Assembly (NCBI GenBank): GCA_964106915.2
Contig: OZ066914.1
DNA: 64,000 nucleotides
Origin: Podarcis gaigeae
Lineage: Eukaryota
Reading direction: 5' to 3' (one strand)
A program made the position numbers and the translations under genes. Of the stretch, positions 42,310 through 54,785 are shown piece after piece (the first letter of the stretch is position 1; each line of letters begins with the position of its first letter). Below the pieces are notes generated by a model that had not been told where the DNA came from, searched no databases, and saw only the letters and a program-made list of their open reading frames with translations.

Positions 42310-42561
42310 CCAGGGGTCAGCAAACGTTTTCAGCAGGGGGCCAGTCCACTGTCCCCCAGACCTTCTGGAGGACCGGACTATATATTTTTTGGGGGGGGTG
42401 AATGAATTCCTATGCCCCACAAATAACCCAGAGATGCATTTTAAATAAAAGCACACATTCCACTCATGTAAAAACACGCTGATTCCTGGACTGTCCGCGG
42501 GCTGGATTTAAAAGCTGATTGGTCTTGATTTGGCCCCCGGGACTTAGTTTGCCTACCCATG
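42310..42561. mobile_element. hAT-type MITE
   Basis: CAGGGGTCAGCAAAC...GTTTGCCTACCCATG termini with TCTGGTC on both flanks. Confidence 0.7.
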
Positions 42562-43049
42562 CGTCTGGTCCCTTCCACAAAGAAGTTGGTGCTGAAGATC
42601 AGTGTTTGGCTCCTGTGACTGAATCAGTTGCCTCAAGGTTCAGTTTAAACACACTTTTTAACATCTGAATCAGGGGAAAGGAATCTTCTGCAGCCCATTT
42701 GTGGGTGGGGCCCGAGGCCCATGTGAGTGAAGCCATTGATGCAAAGTTTCCCATTGTGCAGAACACCCTCTCCCTTTCTACACACACCCCTCTCTATCTG
42801 CCATGTGGAAAAGCAAGAGTCCAAGGACACATTCCAGACAGGCAAGGACCTTCAAGGAGAGTATGAAGTATGGCTGGTGAGGGGAATGGATTGGGGAAAG
42901 GGGGTGTCATCTGGGAATGGTTCTGGGGGCCAGATAACAAGGACTGGAGGCCACAGTTGGCTCCCAGGTCTGAGGGCCCCTAGCCTTGATCTAAATGAAA
43001 TGTGAAGTGCTGTGTCAGCACTATGACAGCGAAACACGGCAGTATCACT

Positions 43050-43417
43050 ACGGTTGAGGATGTTTAGCCTGGAAAAGAGGAGACTCAGAGGAGATATGGA
43101 ATATCTCAAGGGCTGTCCCATGGAGGATGAAGCAACCTTATTTTCTGCTGCTCTGGAGGATAGGACCCAAACCAATGGATTCAAGTTACATGAAAGGAGA
43201 TTCCAACTAAACCTCAGGAAGAACTTTATGACAGTAAGAGCAATTCAACAGTGGAACGGATTCCCTCAGGAGGTTGTGGACTCTCCTTCCTTGAAGGTCT
43301 TTAAGCAGAGGTTGGCTGGCCATCATGGATGCTTTTGTAGAGATTCCAGAATTGCAAGGGGGGCTGGACTAGATGACCATTGGGGTCCCATCCAACTATA
43401 CAATACTGTGATTCTTT
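43050..43417 (+). mobile_element. CR1 LINE 3' fragment
   Basis: MFSLEKRRLRGD...WNGFPQEVV..PSLKVFKQRL and a CR1-type tail. Confidence 0.85.
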
Positions 43418-44589
43418 GATCCACAGGAAAACGCTGCATCCACACTTCCCTGTGGCAGCTGGGGCTCATAAGGCAAAGGACACGTTAGCCTATGGTAGGC
43501 AGAATACGAGCCAAGGGCAGGTAGAGTCAGCACAGATCGCAATACTAGCCTCATTTACCTGAGAGTATAAGTGAACATAAGAACCCCCTGAAAACGTTTA
43601 GGAAAAGAGTGCTTTCATCTTCAACAACCTGTCGCAATCCAACATGACTCAGAAGGCAAGTGTCTCACAACATTTTAGTCCTGATAATTTATGTTCCTTG
43701 AGTGATTCTTATACATGTTGAGGACTAATTTAAATCATGCCTATGTATGCATGTTGGAGGTTCTTTTATTTAGTGGCATTCCAAAACTTTAGAATTGTAA
43801 ATATAGAATTGTAAAAATAAATATAATGAATTAATGTATAATAATTAAAATCTAAAATAATTTTGGGATAGTCTTTGTGCCTTTGGTGGTCCTTTAGCTG
43901 CTCATCTATTGGGAAAATGTGAACAGACTTGTCTACTAAAAGGTCAAAAACTTTGAACCTTACCAGCTGCCAGATTCCAGCAGGGACATTTTATCATCTG
44001 TAGGGGGGGGGGGAGGCATTGCATACACATTTATTCTACCACATTGTATAACCAGGTCTCTATACTGCATAATTGGCTCTCCGTATTCCTAATTGAACAT
44101 AAAAATTGATGCCAGACTCAGCTTACCTTATTCATTTTTTACTTGATGTAAGTTTCTTTTCATTTATGGCTTTCAAATCATGGAAGAAGCCTAGCAAAAT
44201 GATGCTTTGGCACTCCTTACAATGTTTTTATATATGCTAAAAGCCGCCCAGAGTAGCTGGGGAAACCCCATCAGATGGGTGGGGTATAAAAATTAATTAA
44301 TTATCAATTAATTACTTCTGGGGAGAGATGGGCGAGACAACACAGCAGGTCTGGTTCTTCCCCCACCTTTCTCATTCGCAAGGCCCCTAAACACTTCAAA
44401 CAAAGGATTCCTTGCAATACTCTCCCCCACCCCCACCCGTGTAGCCTCTGATCCTTTAACCAATGCACATCGGGGAGCTTCTCAAAAGCTAACGTCATTA
44501 CTGCACATTCCCCAGATCCAGAGACAACCGAGATGCAAAAAGCAAATGCTTCAAAGCAGGGCAAATATAACCGAAAATCAATCCATCCA

Positions 44590-45200
44590 TCCTATCCATG
44601 CGCGCGCAGTGCGCAAATCCCATCAAGCTTGCAATAAAGGTTGGATCTAGTTCAGGGAGGCGCGCGCTACAGGGAGCCCGCAGATTGCATACCAGCTCGC
44701 CTCTGGCAGCACATTCCCAGCTGAAAATCGTGGAAAAGCCTTTATTATTATTATTTTTAAGGCTTCCCAAATCCGCTTGTGGCGCATAAGCTTCCTCCTC
44801 GTGGCGCGCCTGATGCGCAGAGAGCGCGCTCCAGTCCGCGGCCGCTTCTATCCCGCATCACCACGAGGCAGGCGAGTTGGCGAAGGGGACGGAGCCGCCA
44901 CTTGGCCCCGCCCCTCAGGTGGACCGAGGCGATAAAAGCCCCCGCGCTTGGCCGTCGAGCAGGCAGGTGCAGCGGCGGCAGCGGCAGCAGCTATGGGCAA
45001 CAGGGTTACCCGCGAGGATTTCGAGTGGGTTTACACGGAGCAGCCTCACACGCAGCGCAGGAAAGAGATCTTAGGTGAGCCATCCTCGGGATCCCCCTGG
45101 GAGGTCACTGCCCGCCTCGTTTACGCACCACCCTCTGTTTTTCTTGCTCCAGACCTCTTTCCTCCTAAAAACGGACGGCGTTAGGGGTTGATTCTCCGCC
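44590..45200 (+). promoter_or_regulatory. DEGS2 promoter CpG island
   Basis: CpG-rich. GC box GCCCCGCCCC at 44905-44914 and TATA-like GATAAAA at 44931-44937, about 60 nt before the ATG. Confidence 0.75.
44993..45074 (+). CDS. DEGS2: DEGS2 sphingolipid delta4-desaturase/C4-hydroxylase exon 1 (82 nt; [27 protein letters not shown])
   Basis: DEGS N-terminal domain and G|gtgag donor. Phase 1 matches exon 2. Synteny with YY1 distinguishes it from DEGS1. Confidence 0.93.
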
Positions 45201-46902
45201 AGGATCAGGCCCTCTGTCAAAATCGCTTTGCCTTGTAATCCCAGGGGAGGGTGGGTGGGGGGTGGCCGGGGACAGGGGGGGCAGCTGCCCCCTCCAAATA
45301 AAGTAGATAAATAAAAATATATAACAACTTTTTCTCAGATACGTCGGTTCTGCCCACCACCACCCCACATAAATCCTGGCTACACCCATGTGTGTTGCTC
45401 GGAGGGCTGGCTGTGTGTGAAGATAATGAACTCTGCACATGCTTGCGGGTTCTCTTTTCCTAGCTGTTGCTTCCCGAACAGCTCCAGGGTCCTGGCGCGG
45501 AAAGGAGGGCTTTGATGGGGGCAAATCCTGGCTCCGACGACGCCTTAGGCAGGCAGCGTTTCCTGTCACGTCCAGTTTGCATCGTCTTCTCCACTTCTCT
45601 TTCTCGCATTTCCTTATAGATCCAGAAATACACAGCATAGCGAACTGTCTCTCTCTCCCCCCCCCCCCTCTCTGCCACGCTTCAGGTTGCAATCTTTCCC
45701 CCTGGAAAGGGGCTGCTGTGTGACAAGCAGAAATCCCACGGGTGAAGCCTTTTCTCTTCATGCATTTGTGCGCAATGGGCGGGCGGGGGGGGGGACTCAC
45801 CTGGATAATTCTTGCTTGTCATGGAAAGCTAAGGAAGGAAGGAAATTCCCAGGTTGGGGTGCACCCCCTCACCCCCTATTTCCCCATAGTCTCCCCATCC
45901 AGTTTCTGACAGCCAGCGCTCCTTTTTGAAAATGTTCCTGGAAAGCACAAAATGTTGCCTCTGAAACCACTTCTCCAATTACTGAGAGATAGTTCTGGTA
46001 ACATTCAGAGACACTTTCCTTGTGAAATAAGAATGGAGGCATTTTTTTGTTCTTGTTGTGAGCACATATGTATATGTGTGCATGTGTGCATGTGTGTCCC
46101 ATACCTTTCCTCCTCCAGGGAGGTCGGAGTAGAACCCTGTACACAGTTCAGTTGGCTGATGAGTCAGATTATCATGGGAGGCAGGGACTGCTTCAGAGCT
46201 CCCCAGCTCTCTCCACAGACCTAATCTGATCACTGCACCTGATTTCTTTAGTCTTCAGGTCAGGTTCTGTAGCTATTCAAAGTCCTGTCCAGCCACACCC
46301 ATAGCTAAATAGATGTAGCTTTTTTTTATTTCTTATAGCCTGTGGGTGCAGTGAAAAATTGCCCAACCTCTGCCATACTTTCCTTCCTTCCTTTATCAAT
46401 TCCCATAACATGACATGGGTAATTGCAACATGGTACACTATGCAAAACACACTTTGTTATCCGTCCCCCCCCCCGCCCCCGGCAGGGGTCATTTTATTCT
46501 GCTGTGTCCTAACCTGAGGGCCAGTTTTGCATTTTCAACTCTTTTTTGCATGTTTATGGTACAGTGATCCATATCTAGGGGACTAGTTTTAGAAATGGGG
46601 TGACTTGGGTTCAAACCAGCCCTCGGTGATTTAAAGATATAATCCTAATTCACATTGCACTGCAATCCTTACCTGGGAGTAAGCCCCACTGGACTCAGTG
46701 AGGCTTACTTCTCAGTTGCCACATACAAGATCCGGGGTGCCAACTTGAATAAAAAATTCGGGGGACCCAGGTCACTTCCACCCTACATAAGCAAATACAT
46801 GATTCAGCACAGCCCCAGAAGTTGGCTCCTATGTAATGGACTGTGTATCTGCTGGTGAAATTTAAATAATGAGCAATTATTATTGCTTATTATATTTATT
46901 GG

Positions 46903-47246
46903 AACGCTGGTGGCGCTGTGGGTTAAACCACAGAGCCTAGGACTTGCTGATCAGAAGGTCAGAGGTTCGAATCCCCCTGAGCTCCCGTTGCTCGGTCCCT
47001 GCTCCTGCCAACCTAGCAGTTCAAAAGCACGTCAAAGTGCAAGTAGATAAATAGGTACCGCTCCGGCGGGAAGGTAAATGGCATTTCCGTGCGCTGCTCT
47101 GGTTCGCCAGAAGCGGCTTAGTTATGCTGGCCACATGACCTGGAAGCTGCATGCCGGCTCCCTCAGCCAATAAAGCAAGATAAAGCACCGCAACCCCAGA
47201 GTCGATCAGGACTGGACCTAATGGTCAGGGGTCCCTTTACCTTTAC
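46903..47246 (+). mobile_element. Sauria SINE
   Basis: 17-bp TSD CTTATTATATTTATTGG at 46886-46902 and 47247-47263, with an (ACCTTT) tail. Confidence 0.92.
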
Positions 47247-48285
47247 CTTATTATATTTATTGGTCGCTTTCCCCCATGAAAGAAAACTCAAAGCAACATA
47301 CAAAAACAAAAAATGAGGAATGAGTCCTTTAAGGCTGCACCCATCGTTTGATTGCATCAGGTAATCTTGCACTATCTCCGAGTTCCAGTCTGCCAGCCAT
47401 ACTCAGTTCCAAGATGCTCTGTTCCATTTCCATGTCCCACCTGCAGTTAGCATTCCAAGGTCACTGTCCTCATTGGGCTGTTTTGGGGGCATCCCTCTTA
47501 GCATTTCCCTCTTAAACTCTGTAAATCTTGGTGTTTCCCCAGCTATTAGTTCCTAGATCCATCCTATCTGTGAGGGCTTGGAGAGGGGCTGCCAGTCAGA
47601 GTAGACAGGCTGGGCTCAACAACTGCTAGCACATATCTCTGAGCCCAGGCAGTGCTGACATTAGGAGCCTTAAGTGTGGTTTTCTCCCAGGTGGATTTCG
47701 CATCATGAACTCCCCTGCAATCAAATGTCACCCGACAGTGGTCATTTGGAAGTGCTAAAAACTACGTCAAGCTGGTTTGGGGGGTCACCCCTGGTTCTGG
47801 TGCATGTCAAATCAATGCACCTCCCTCATTCTCTTAGATACAGGCAGCTGGCAGCTGGAAATGAAATGCACACTCCAAACAGCCTAATGAGTATTGGCCA
47901 TTTTCAGTGGCCAAGGAAGACTGACTGACGATTGCCTGGCTGGGGAAAATGGAAAACCAGGTGGGTGGAGGAATCTAATGGAGTATCCTGGAGTAGGGCA
48001 TGGCTGGCTGGAAGGCTAAACAGGACCACTTGACACTGCAGAGACGCACATGCATGTATGTGCGCATGCACATATCTACAGATATATTTTTATGATTATT
48101 ATAAAAAAATGTTGTTATTGAAAGTTTCATGGATAACAAAGCTACATATAACGTCTCTGTTTTCAGTTCACAGAGTCCTTCCTGTAGGTCAGCTGCTTTG
48201 GGTGTGAGACGTTGCTGTCATAGGCATTATAAGATTGGGGGGGGGGAGAGGTGGGAGAAAAGGGGGAGGGCAGTACACACAGATA

Positions 48286-48527
48286 CAATGGTACCTCGGG
48301 TTAAGTACTTAATTCGTTCCGGAGGTCCGTACTTAACCTGAAACTGTTCTTAACCTGAAGCACCACTTTAGCTAATGGGGCCTCCTGCTGCTGCCGCACC
48401 GCCAGAGCACAATTTCTGTTCTCATCCTGAAGCAAAGTTCTTAACCTGAAGCACTATTTCTGGGTTAGTGGAGTCTGTAACCTGAGGTGTCTATAACCTA
48501 AAGCATATGTAACCCGAGGTACCACTG
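48286..48527. mobile_element. Tc1/mariner-type MITE nested in an old L1-like 3' end
   Basis: TIR CA(A/G)TGGTACCTCGGGTTA with TA TSD. Inverse copy of 9384-9601. Confidence 0.85.
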
Positions 48528-48918
48528 TATTTTAGACATGCCAGACATTTCTGAAGAGCCGGTCTTTGAAAAAATATGTTCCGCGTCATTTACCAAAACA
48601 GAATCAGGCTCATGTTAATTTATCATTAAAAGCCTATATCCCACACCTCTTTATACCATTCTTCCATTTTATATTCTGCTTGCCCTTTCCACTTCCTAGC
48701 GATCATAATTCATGCAGCTGTCAATAAAATATGTGAGCATGTTCTTCATAGCTTGCAAACCTTCCACCCCGTTGCAAATTGACAATAATGCTACCTTTGG
48801 ACTTTCGGTCAGCTTTAACCCAGTTATTTCTGTGCCGTTGAGGTAAGAGAGGGAATACACAAGAGAAATGATTTTGAGGAGATATGGAAGGAACTGTTAC
48901 AACGTAAAGGGGTCAAAC

Positions 48919-49087
48919 CAGGGGTCTGCAACCTTTAAGATAAAAAGAGCCACTTGGACCCGTTTCTGAAGGAAAAAAAACTGGGAGCCTCCTCCCCTCG
49001 CTAGTATCGCTAGTCTCCGCCCCGGAGCTCTTGCAAAGGTGTAAAAGAGCCACAGGCGGCTTCGGAGCTGTGGGTTGCTGACCCCTG
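48919..49087. mobile_element. hAT MITE nested in a LINE 3'UTR
   Basis: TIR CAGGGGTC(T/A)GCAACC and perfect 8-bp TSD GGTCAAAC at 48911-48918 and 49088-49095. Confidence 0.9.
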
Positions 49088-49355
49088 GGTCAAACCTTCG
49101 CAAGAGGTGTTGAAATTTTGGGAGGTTGGATCGTTGCAATGGAATGGTCTCGGTGGTGGAGTGCACATTTTTATTCTTACTTATTTATGATTATTACTTG
49201 GGCAAAATAAAAAATAAAAATGGGGGGGGGGGGAGGGAACCAGAAATGTCAGGAACAAACAAAAAACCCAGAATCAGGCTGATGCATGTCCTTTGTAAAT
49301 CAAGGCTTGGAAAACTTGGCATTTTATTTATTTATTTGAATTTATATAAGGTTTC

Positions 49356-51470
49356 TCTTCTTTTTTAATTCATTTTCTATAACCAAACAACAACAGAGAG
49401 AGAAAAAGAAAAATAGCCAACACATACAAAAAAAGAAAAAGAAAACATCAACCAAAACAAAACACCTAAACCAACCAAAAAACAAACATTAATTAACAAT
49501 AAATAACGATTGACTTCCCTCCATCTCGGTTTTGGGTTATGTGAATATTAAATCCATTCTGCAGTTTTTCATTTTTTAACGTAAACACATCGCATGGGTT
49601 ATATTAAACCTACTGTGATTTTTATATCTCTAGAATTTGTTTCCATATATGTTATGAATTTAGACCAATCGTCAATAAACTTTGTACCTTTTTGCTGTCT
49701 AATGTTCTGCGTCATTTTTGCCAAATCCATATACTCAAATAATTTAATTTGCCAATCTTTAACGGTCGGGGTATTTGGGGTTTTCCAATTTTGTGCTAAC
49801 AGAATCCTGGCAGCTACAGTTGCATATTGAAACATTATATAATCTTCTTTCTTAATCTCCTCTCTGATCATTCCCAGAAGGAAGGCTTCGGGCTTTTTGA
49901 CAAAGGTGTATTTAAGTATTTTCTTTAGTTCGTTGTAGATGGAATCCCATTTTTTTTTAACTTCTTCACATTTCCACCAAATGTGGTAGAAGCTTCCCTC
50001 TTTAGATTTACACTTCCAACACCTTTTGTCGCCAGTCTTATACATTTTTTGCAATTTCACAGGGGTGATGTACCAACGATACATCATCTTTTCCATATTT
50101 TCTCTGAGGGCAGTACAGGCTGTAAATTTCATTCCTTTAGTCCACAACTTCGTCCATTTTTCAAAATCCAAATTATAGCCAATGTCTATTGCCCATTTTA
50201 CCATAACCTCTTTAACCTCTTCGTCCTTGGTGTTCCACTCTAATAGCTGATTATACATTTTAGATAGCAGTTTAGTTTTACTTTCTATTATCTCTACCTG
50301 GAACTTAGATTTTTTCTCATTCATTCCAATCTTTTTATCTTCCTTCCATAAGGCATTAATTTGATGATACTGCAGCCAACCTGTTAATTTGCTTTTTAAC
50401 TCTTCGTAAGATCTAATTTTCCATCCTCTTTCCGATTTTTCCAGGAGATCTTCATAGGTCAATCTCTCACCTTCCATGTTTTTTTTTTTAGTAGTTAATA
50501 TGTCAATAGGGGATAGCCACCAGGGGGTATTTTTTTCCAGTAGTTTTTTATTTTTTCCCCACGCTTCTAACAGTGTTCCTCTGATGATGTGGTTTGAGAA
50601 GCCTTTATGCACCTTTTCCTTATTCTGCCAGAGATAAGCATGCCAACCAAATCTTAGATCGAAGCCTTCTAAGTCTAGCAGATCTGTATTTTTTAAAGTG
50701 ACCCATTCTCTAAGCCAACAAAGGCACGAGGCTTCATAATACAATCTCAGATTTGGGACTGAGAATCCTCCTCTGTCTTTTCTGTCCGTTAACAGTTTAA
50801 ATCTAATTCTCGGTCTTTTACCTTGCCATATAAATTTAGAGAGAATTTTTTGCCAATTTTTAAATATTGCACTTCCTCTAATCACTGGGACATTTTGGAA
50901 TAAAAATAAAAGTTTTGGTAGTATACACATCTTGATTGCAGCCATTCTGCCTGACCAGGAGAGTTTTATCCTATTCCAGGTATCTAGTTCTTTTTGGATT
51001 TCCTTCCAGGTGTTTGTATAGTTATCAGCCATTAAGTTTATATTTCTCATTGTTAGCCACACTCCTAGATATTTTATCTTTTTTGCTTCTTTGATTCCCG
51101 ATTGGAGTTCTAGCTGCCTCCTTAGATCTTCTCCCATATTCTCAACCATCATTTTAGTTTTAGTTTTATTTAACTTGAAGCCCGCTACTTTCCCAAATTC
51201 CTCTAGAAGTACCACAACTTTGTCAATACTCTGTATCGGGTCCTCGACTGATATTACCAGGTCATCAGCGTATGCTTTCAGTTTGAATTCTTTCACCCCA
51301 ATTCTAATTCCTCGTATCTCAGATGTTTTCCTTATCTTATTTGCAATTACTTCCAACACCATTATGAAAAGAAGCGGAGACAGGGGGCAGCCTTGTCTTG
51401 TACCCTTTGAAATTTCGAATGTGTCAGATAAATTGTTATTAATAATCAGTTTGACTCTTTGATTTGAGTA
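49356..51470 (-). mobile_element. 5'-truncated young L1-clade LINE with uninterrupted ORF2 (RT C-half and C-terminal zinc knuckle)
   Basis: Open frame from 51470 to 49599 with GTRQGCPLSP, YADD and CWKC..H..WKC. Perfect 17-bp TSD AATTTATATAAGGTTTC at 49339-49355 and 51471-51487. Confidence 0.95.
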
Positions 51471-52577
51471 AATTTATATAAGGTTTCATTGTAAACAACA
51501 ACAACAACCTCAAAGCTTCTTCCAAAAAGAAGGATTTAAACCATTCGAAATAAGAATAATTAAAACCAACTACTATTCTCTTAAGCAGGGATGGGAAATC
51601 TCCAGCCAAACTGAATGTTCAAATTTAGCCTGCATGGCCACTTCCCCCAGCCTCCCCACAGCTGCCCCACCTGTGTAAGGCAAGGCAGATTTTCCACTTT
51701 AAAGCACCACAAAGGGTTCTGTGCAAGCAAGCCCTGCTTGGGTGTGGTGCTGTCAGGCCCCATTGATCTCCTGCTATCATTGTGGGCAGAGCCGAGCCCC
51801 AAAGGTCCCTCACCTGTTCTCTTAAGGGACTCCATTTGACTAAAGATTTCACTACCATTTGAATTGTGTGTGCAAAAATGCAGCATCAGAGGTTGTGAAG
51901 CAATTAATTTTGTTAGGTTTAACGGCACGGCCTCTCGGACACTGGTTGCTCAATTTCAACAGAAGGATCAGTGGCCACACTCTGCACTAACACTTTGATG
52001 CTTTTATAATCACAACGAGCCAAAAGGCAAGAACGGAAAAGAAAGAATCAGACATTTATTGCAGGTACTCTGCCCCTTTCCTTTTGTCCCAGGATGCAGC
52101 CGACTACTTTTAAAGCTTGCAAGCCTCACCTGAAGAGTAATTGGCTCATGTGAGCAAGCAAAGTAAAGAGAGATAAGTAAAGCCAACTCAAATCACAGGG
52201 AATGCAATGAAATAATAATCATTTCTTTTTAAAAAACAAAAACAAATGACGATCGAAGGAATTTTCCCTATCACCTTTTCCTCAAGAGGCATGTCTTTGA
52301 TGCAACAAGTATATTGCCACAATGGATTATTATCATCATCACATTTAATATTATCATTAATTAGCATATTAATATTAATTAATATCGTTAATATTATCAT
52401 ATCATTAATTAGCATTAATTATTATAATTAATTAGGTTTAAACGCAGTATAAGGAGTCTCTATAGGAGTATATTGTATTTTAAAATGGGTTTCAGAGTTT
52501 TTAGGGGGTTTTGAGTGTTTTATGTAGATTTTTCCATTTCATTGTTCTGTATGGGACAATGACAAGAAAGATATTAT

Positions 52578-52649
52578 ATGGTATGGTATGGTATGGTATG
52601 GTATGGTATGGTATGGTATGGTATGGTATGGTATGGTATGGTATGGTAT
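52578..52649. repeat. (ATGGT)n microsatellite, probably the tail of a Rex1-like 3' end
   Basis: About 14 units, preceded by CAATGACAAGAAAGATATT (compare CAATGACAATAAAGATATT near 38813). Confidence 0.85.
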
Positions 52650-53214
52650 CATATATGTAGGCTTGTTAATTGTGCTACACAAGTACATTGAGGCAACTTG
52701 TGAATAATATTAGTGAAACAGACAATACTATTTTTTGCACTGGGTACTGTTTAGACCCAGAATGGAGGCTTTGTAAATTGTTGCTGGCAACAATACAGCT
52801 TTTGATTTCTGGGAAAGGATGGCAACTGATTTACCGACTCATCCAGCTCTTTAAAAAAGGGAAAATGAGGTTGGGGCACGATGCACAAACTCACATTCAT
52901 TTCAGCAGTGTGTGCGTTCACCGTTCAAAATGGTAAACGAGGTTCACATGGTGATGATGGGATCTGCTTTTCAGTTCTCATGCGATTTCAATTTCTCCCA
53001 CTCACCCCCCATCCCTCATGCAGGCCACATGGCTAAGACTCCGTATCTTGTTGCTGTTAATTATTAGTCACGTTTTTACTCTCAAAGAAGCGTACACCTT
53101 GAAAATGGAACTAAAAAAGACATTAAAATCAGGTATAAAAAACAACGAGCGAAAACTAAAATACTCCTCTGGAAGCATATCTAAAGTAAATAAGTCCTAC
53201 CTACCCCAACTGAA

Positions 53215-53570
53215 GGGACGCGGGTGGCACTGTGGGTTAAACCACAGAGCCTAGGACTTGCCAATCAGTAGGTTGGCGGTTCGATTCCCTGTGACGGGGT
53301 GAGCTCCCGTTGCTTGGTTCCTGCTCCTGCCAACCTAGCAGTTCGAAAGCACGTCAAAGTGCAAGTAGATAAATAGGTACCACTCCAGCGGGAAGGTAAA
53401 CGGCGTTTCCATGCACTGCTCTGGTTCGCCAGAAGCGGCTTAGACATGCTGGCCACATGACCCAGAAGCTGTACGCCGGCTCCCTCGGCCAGTAAAGCGA
53501 GATGAGCACCGCAACCCCAGAGTCGGTCACGACTGGACCTAATGGTCAGGGGTCCCTTTACCTTTACCTT
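53215..53570 (+). mobile_element. Sauria SINE (full length)
   Basis: GGGACGCGGGTGGC head, (ACCTTT)n tail and TSD TACCCCAA(C/T)TGAA. Confidence 0.92.
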
Positions 53571-54785
53571 TACCCCAATTGAACACCACAAAGTCCCATT
53601 ACCCTCTCAATTAGAAACCCAAAACCTGACTAAATAGGTTTGTTTTTGCCTGGCAGCTGAAGGCAGGCAACAATGGCACCAAGCAGTTTTTCTGGGGAGA
53701 GTGTTCTGCAAGCAGGGAACCACCACTGAAAAGGCTCATTTTCATGTTCCCACCCTCTGGTCCTCCCATGGATGGGGCACACAGAGAAGGACCTCAGGTG
53801 ATTATAGCAGATAAAAACATGCTGGCTGTACAGAACCTCCATGGGACACAAGAACCTGCCTTATGACAAAGTAGGCCATTATTTTATTTGCAGCATGTGT
53901 AGCCAGCCTGCAATTCAGGTTTCACTTCAGTAACTCAGAATCCACAAATGTGTGTTTTTTGTGTGTGTGTTTTTTTTTAATGCTGGGACTGCACTCTGGG
54001 TGCCAATATACCCTGTGAGAAGGTCTAGACCAGGGAAAGCAGCACTAATGTTAACTTGCATACCCTCCAACATTTCTCCGATGACAATAAGGACGTCCCA
54101 TTCTGTAATGATTATTTTGCTATTTATACCCCACACATCTTACTGGGTTGTCCATGTAAAAACATAATAAAACATTAAACATGTAAAAACATAATAAAAC
54201 ATTAAACATTAAAAAAAAACTTCCCTTCAGATGGCTCGGAGTCAGATAACTCCACACCCTCCAACATTTCTCTGATGAAAACAGGGACATCCTAAGGAAA
54301 AGTGGGACATTCCGGGGTCAAATCAGAAACTGGGATGGCTTCTCTAAATCAGAGATGTCCCTGGAAAATAGGGGATTTGGAGGGTCTGAACTTGATGGGG
54401 CAGCAGTTGAATAGAATGGTGTCATTTCAGTCCTGGCAGCCAAAAAGACAGGAAAAACAGCTAGAGGGAGGCTTATTGAAAAAATAGAAGGGCTAGCTTG
54501 ATGCTGAGAATGAAATGTGCAGAGACCTCTTGGCTATGTGGGATTTTCTCCTCCACTGCTCTATTATTGGATGCCACTAGAGGGAGTCCAGGCAACAACT
54601 TTTCTGATTCCCACCACTGTGCTGCACATCTGTCTCTAATTCTTGCAGGATTCTTCTTCTACCAGTCCCCCTTCCATGCAGGGAGCTGCAAAGGGATGGG
54701 GAGCTGGAAAGGAGCTGCTGGATTCTCCCATTCTCATCCCATCCTGTCAACATCTATTCACTTGTCTGTTTGAAAACGTTGCTTA

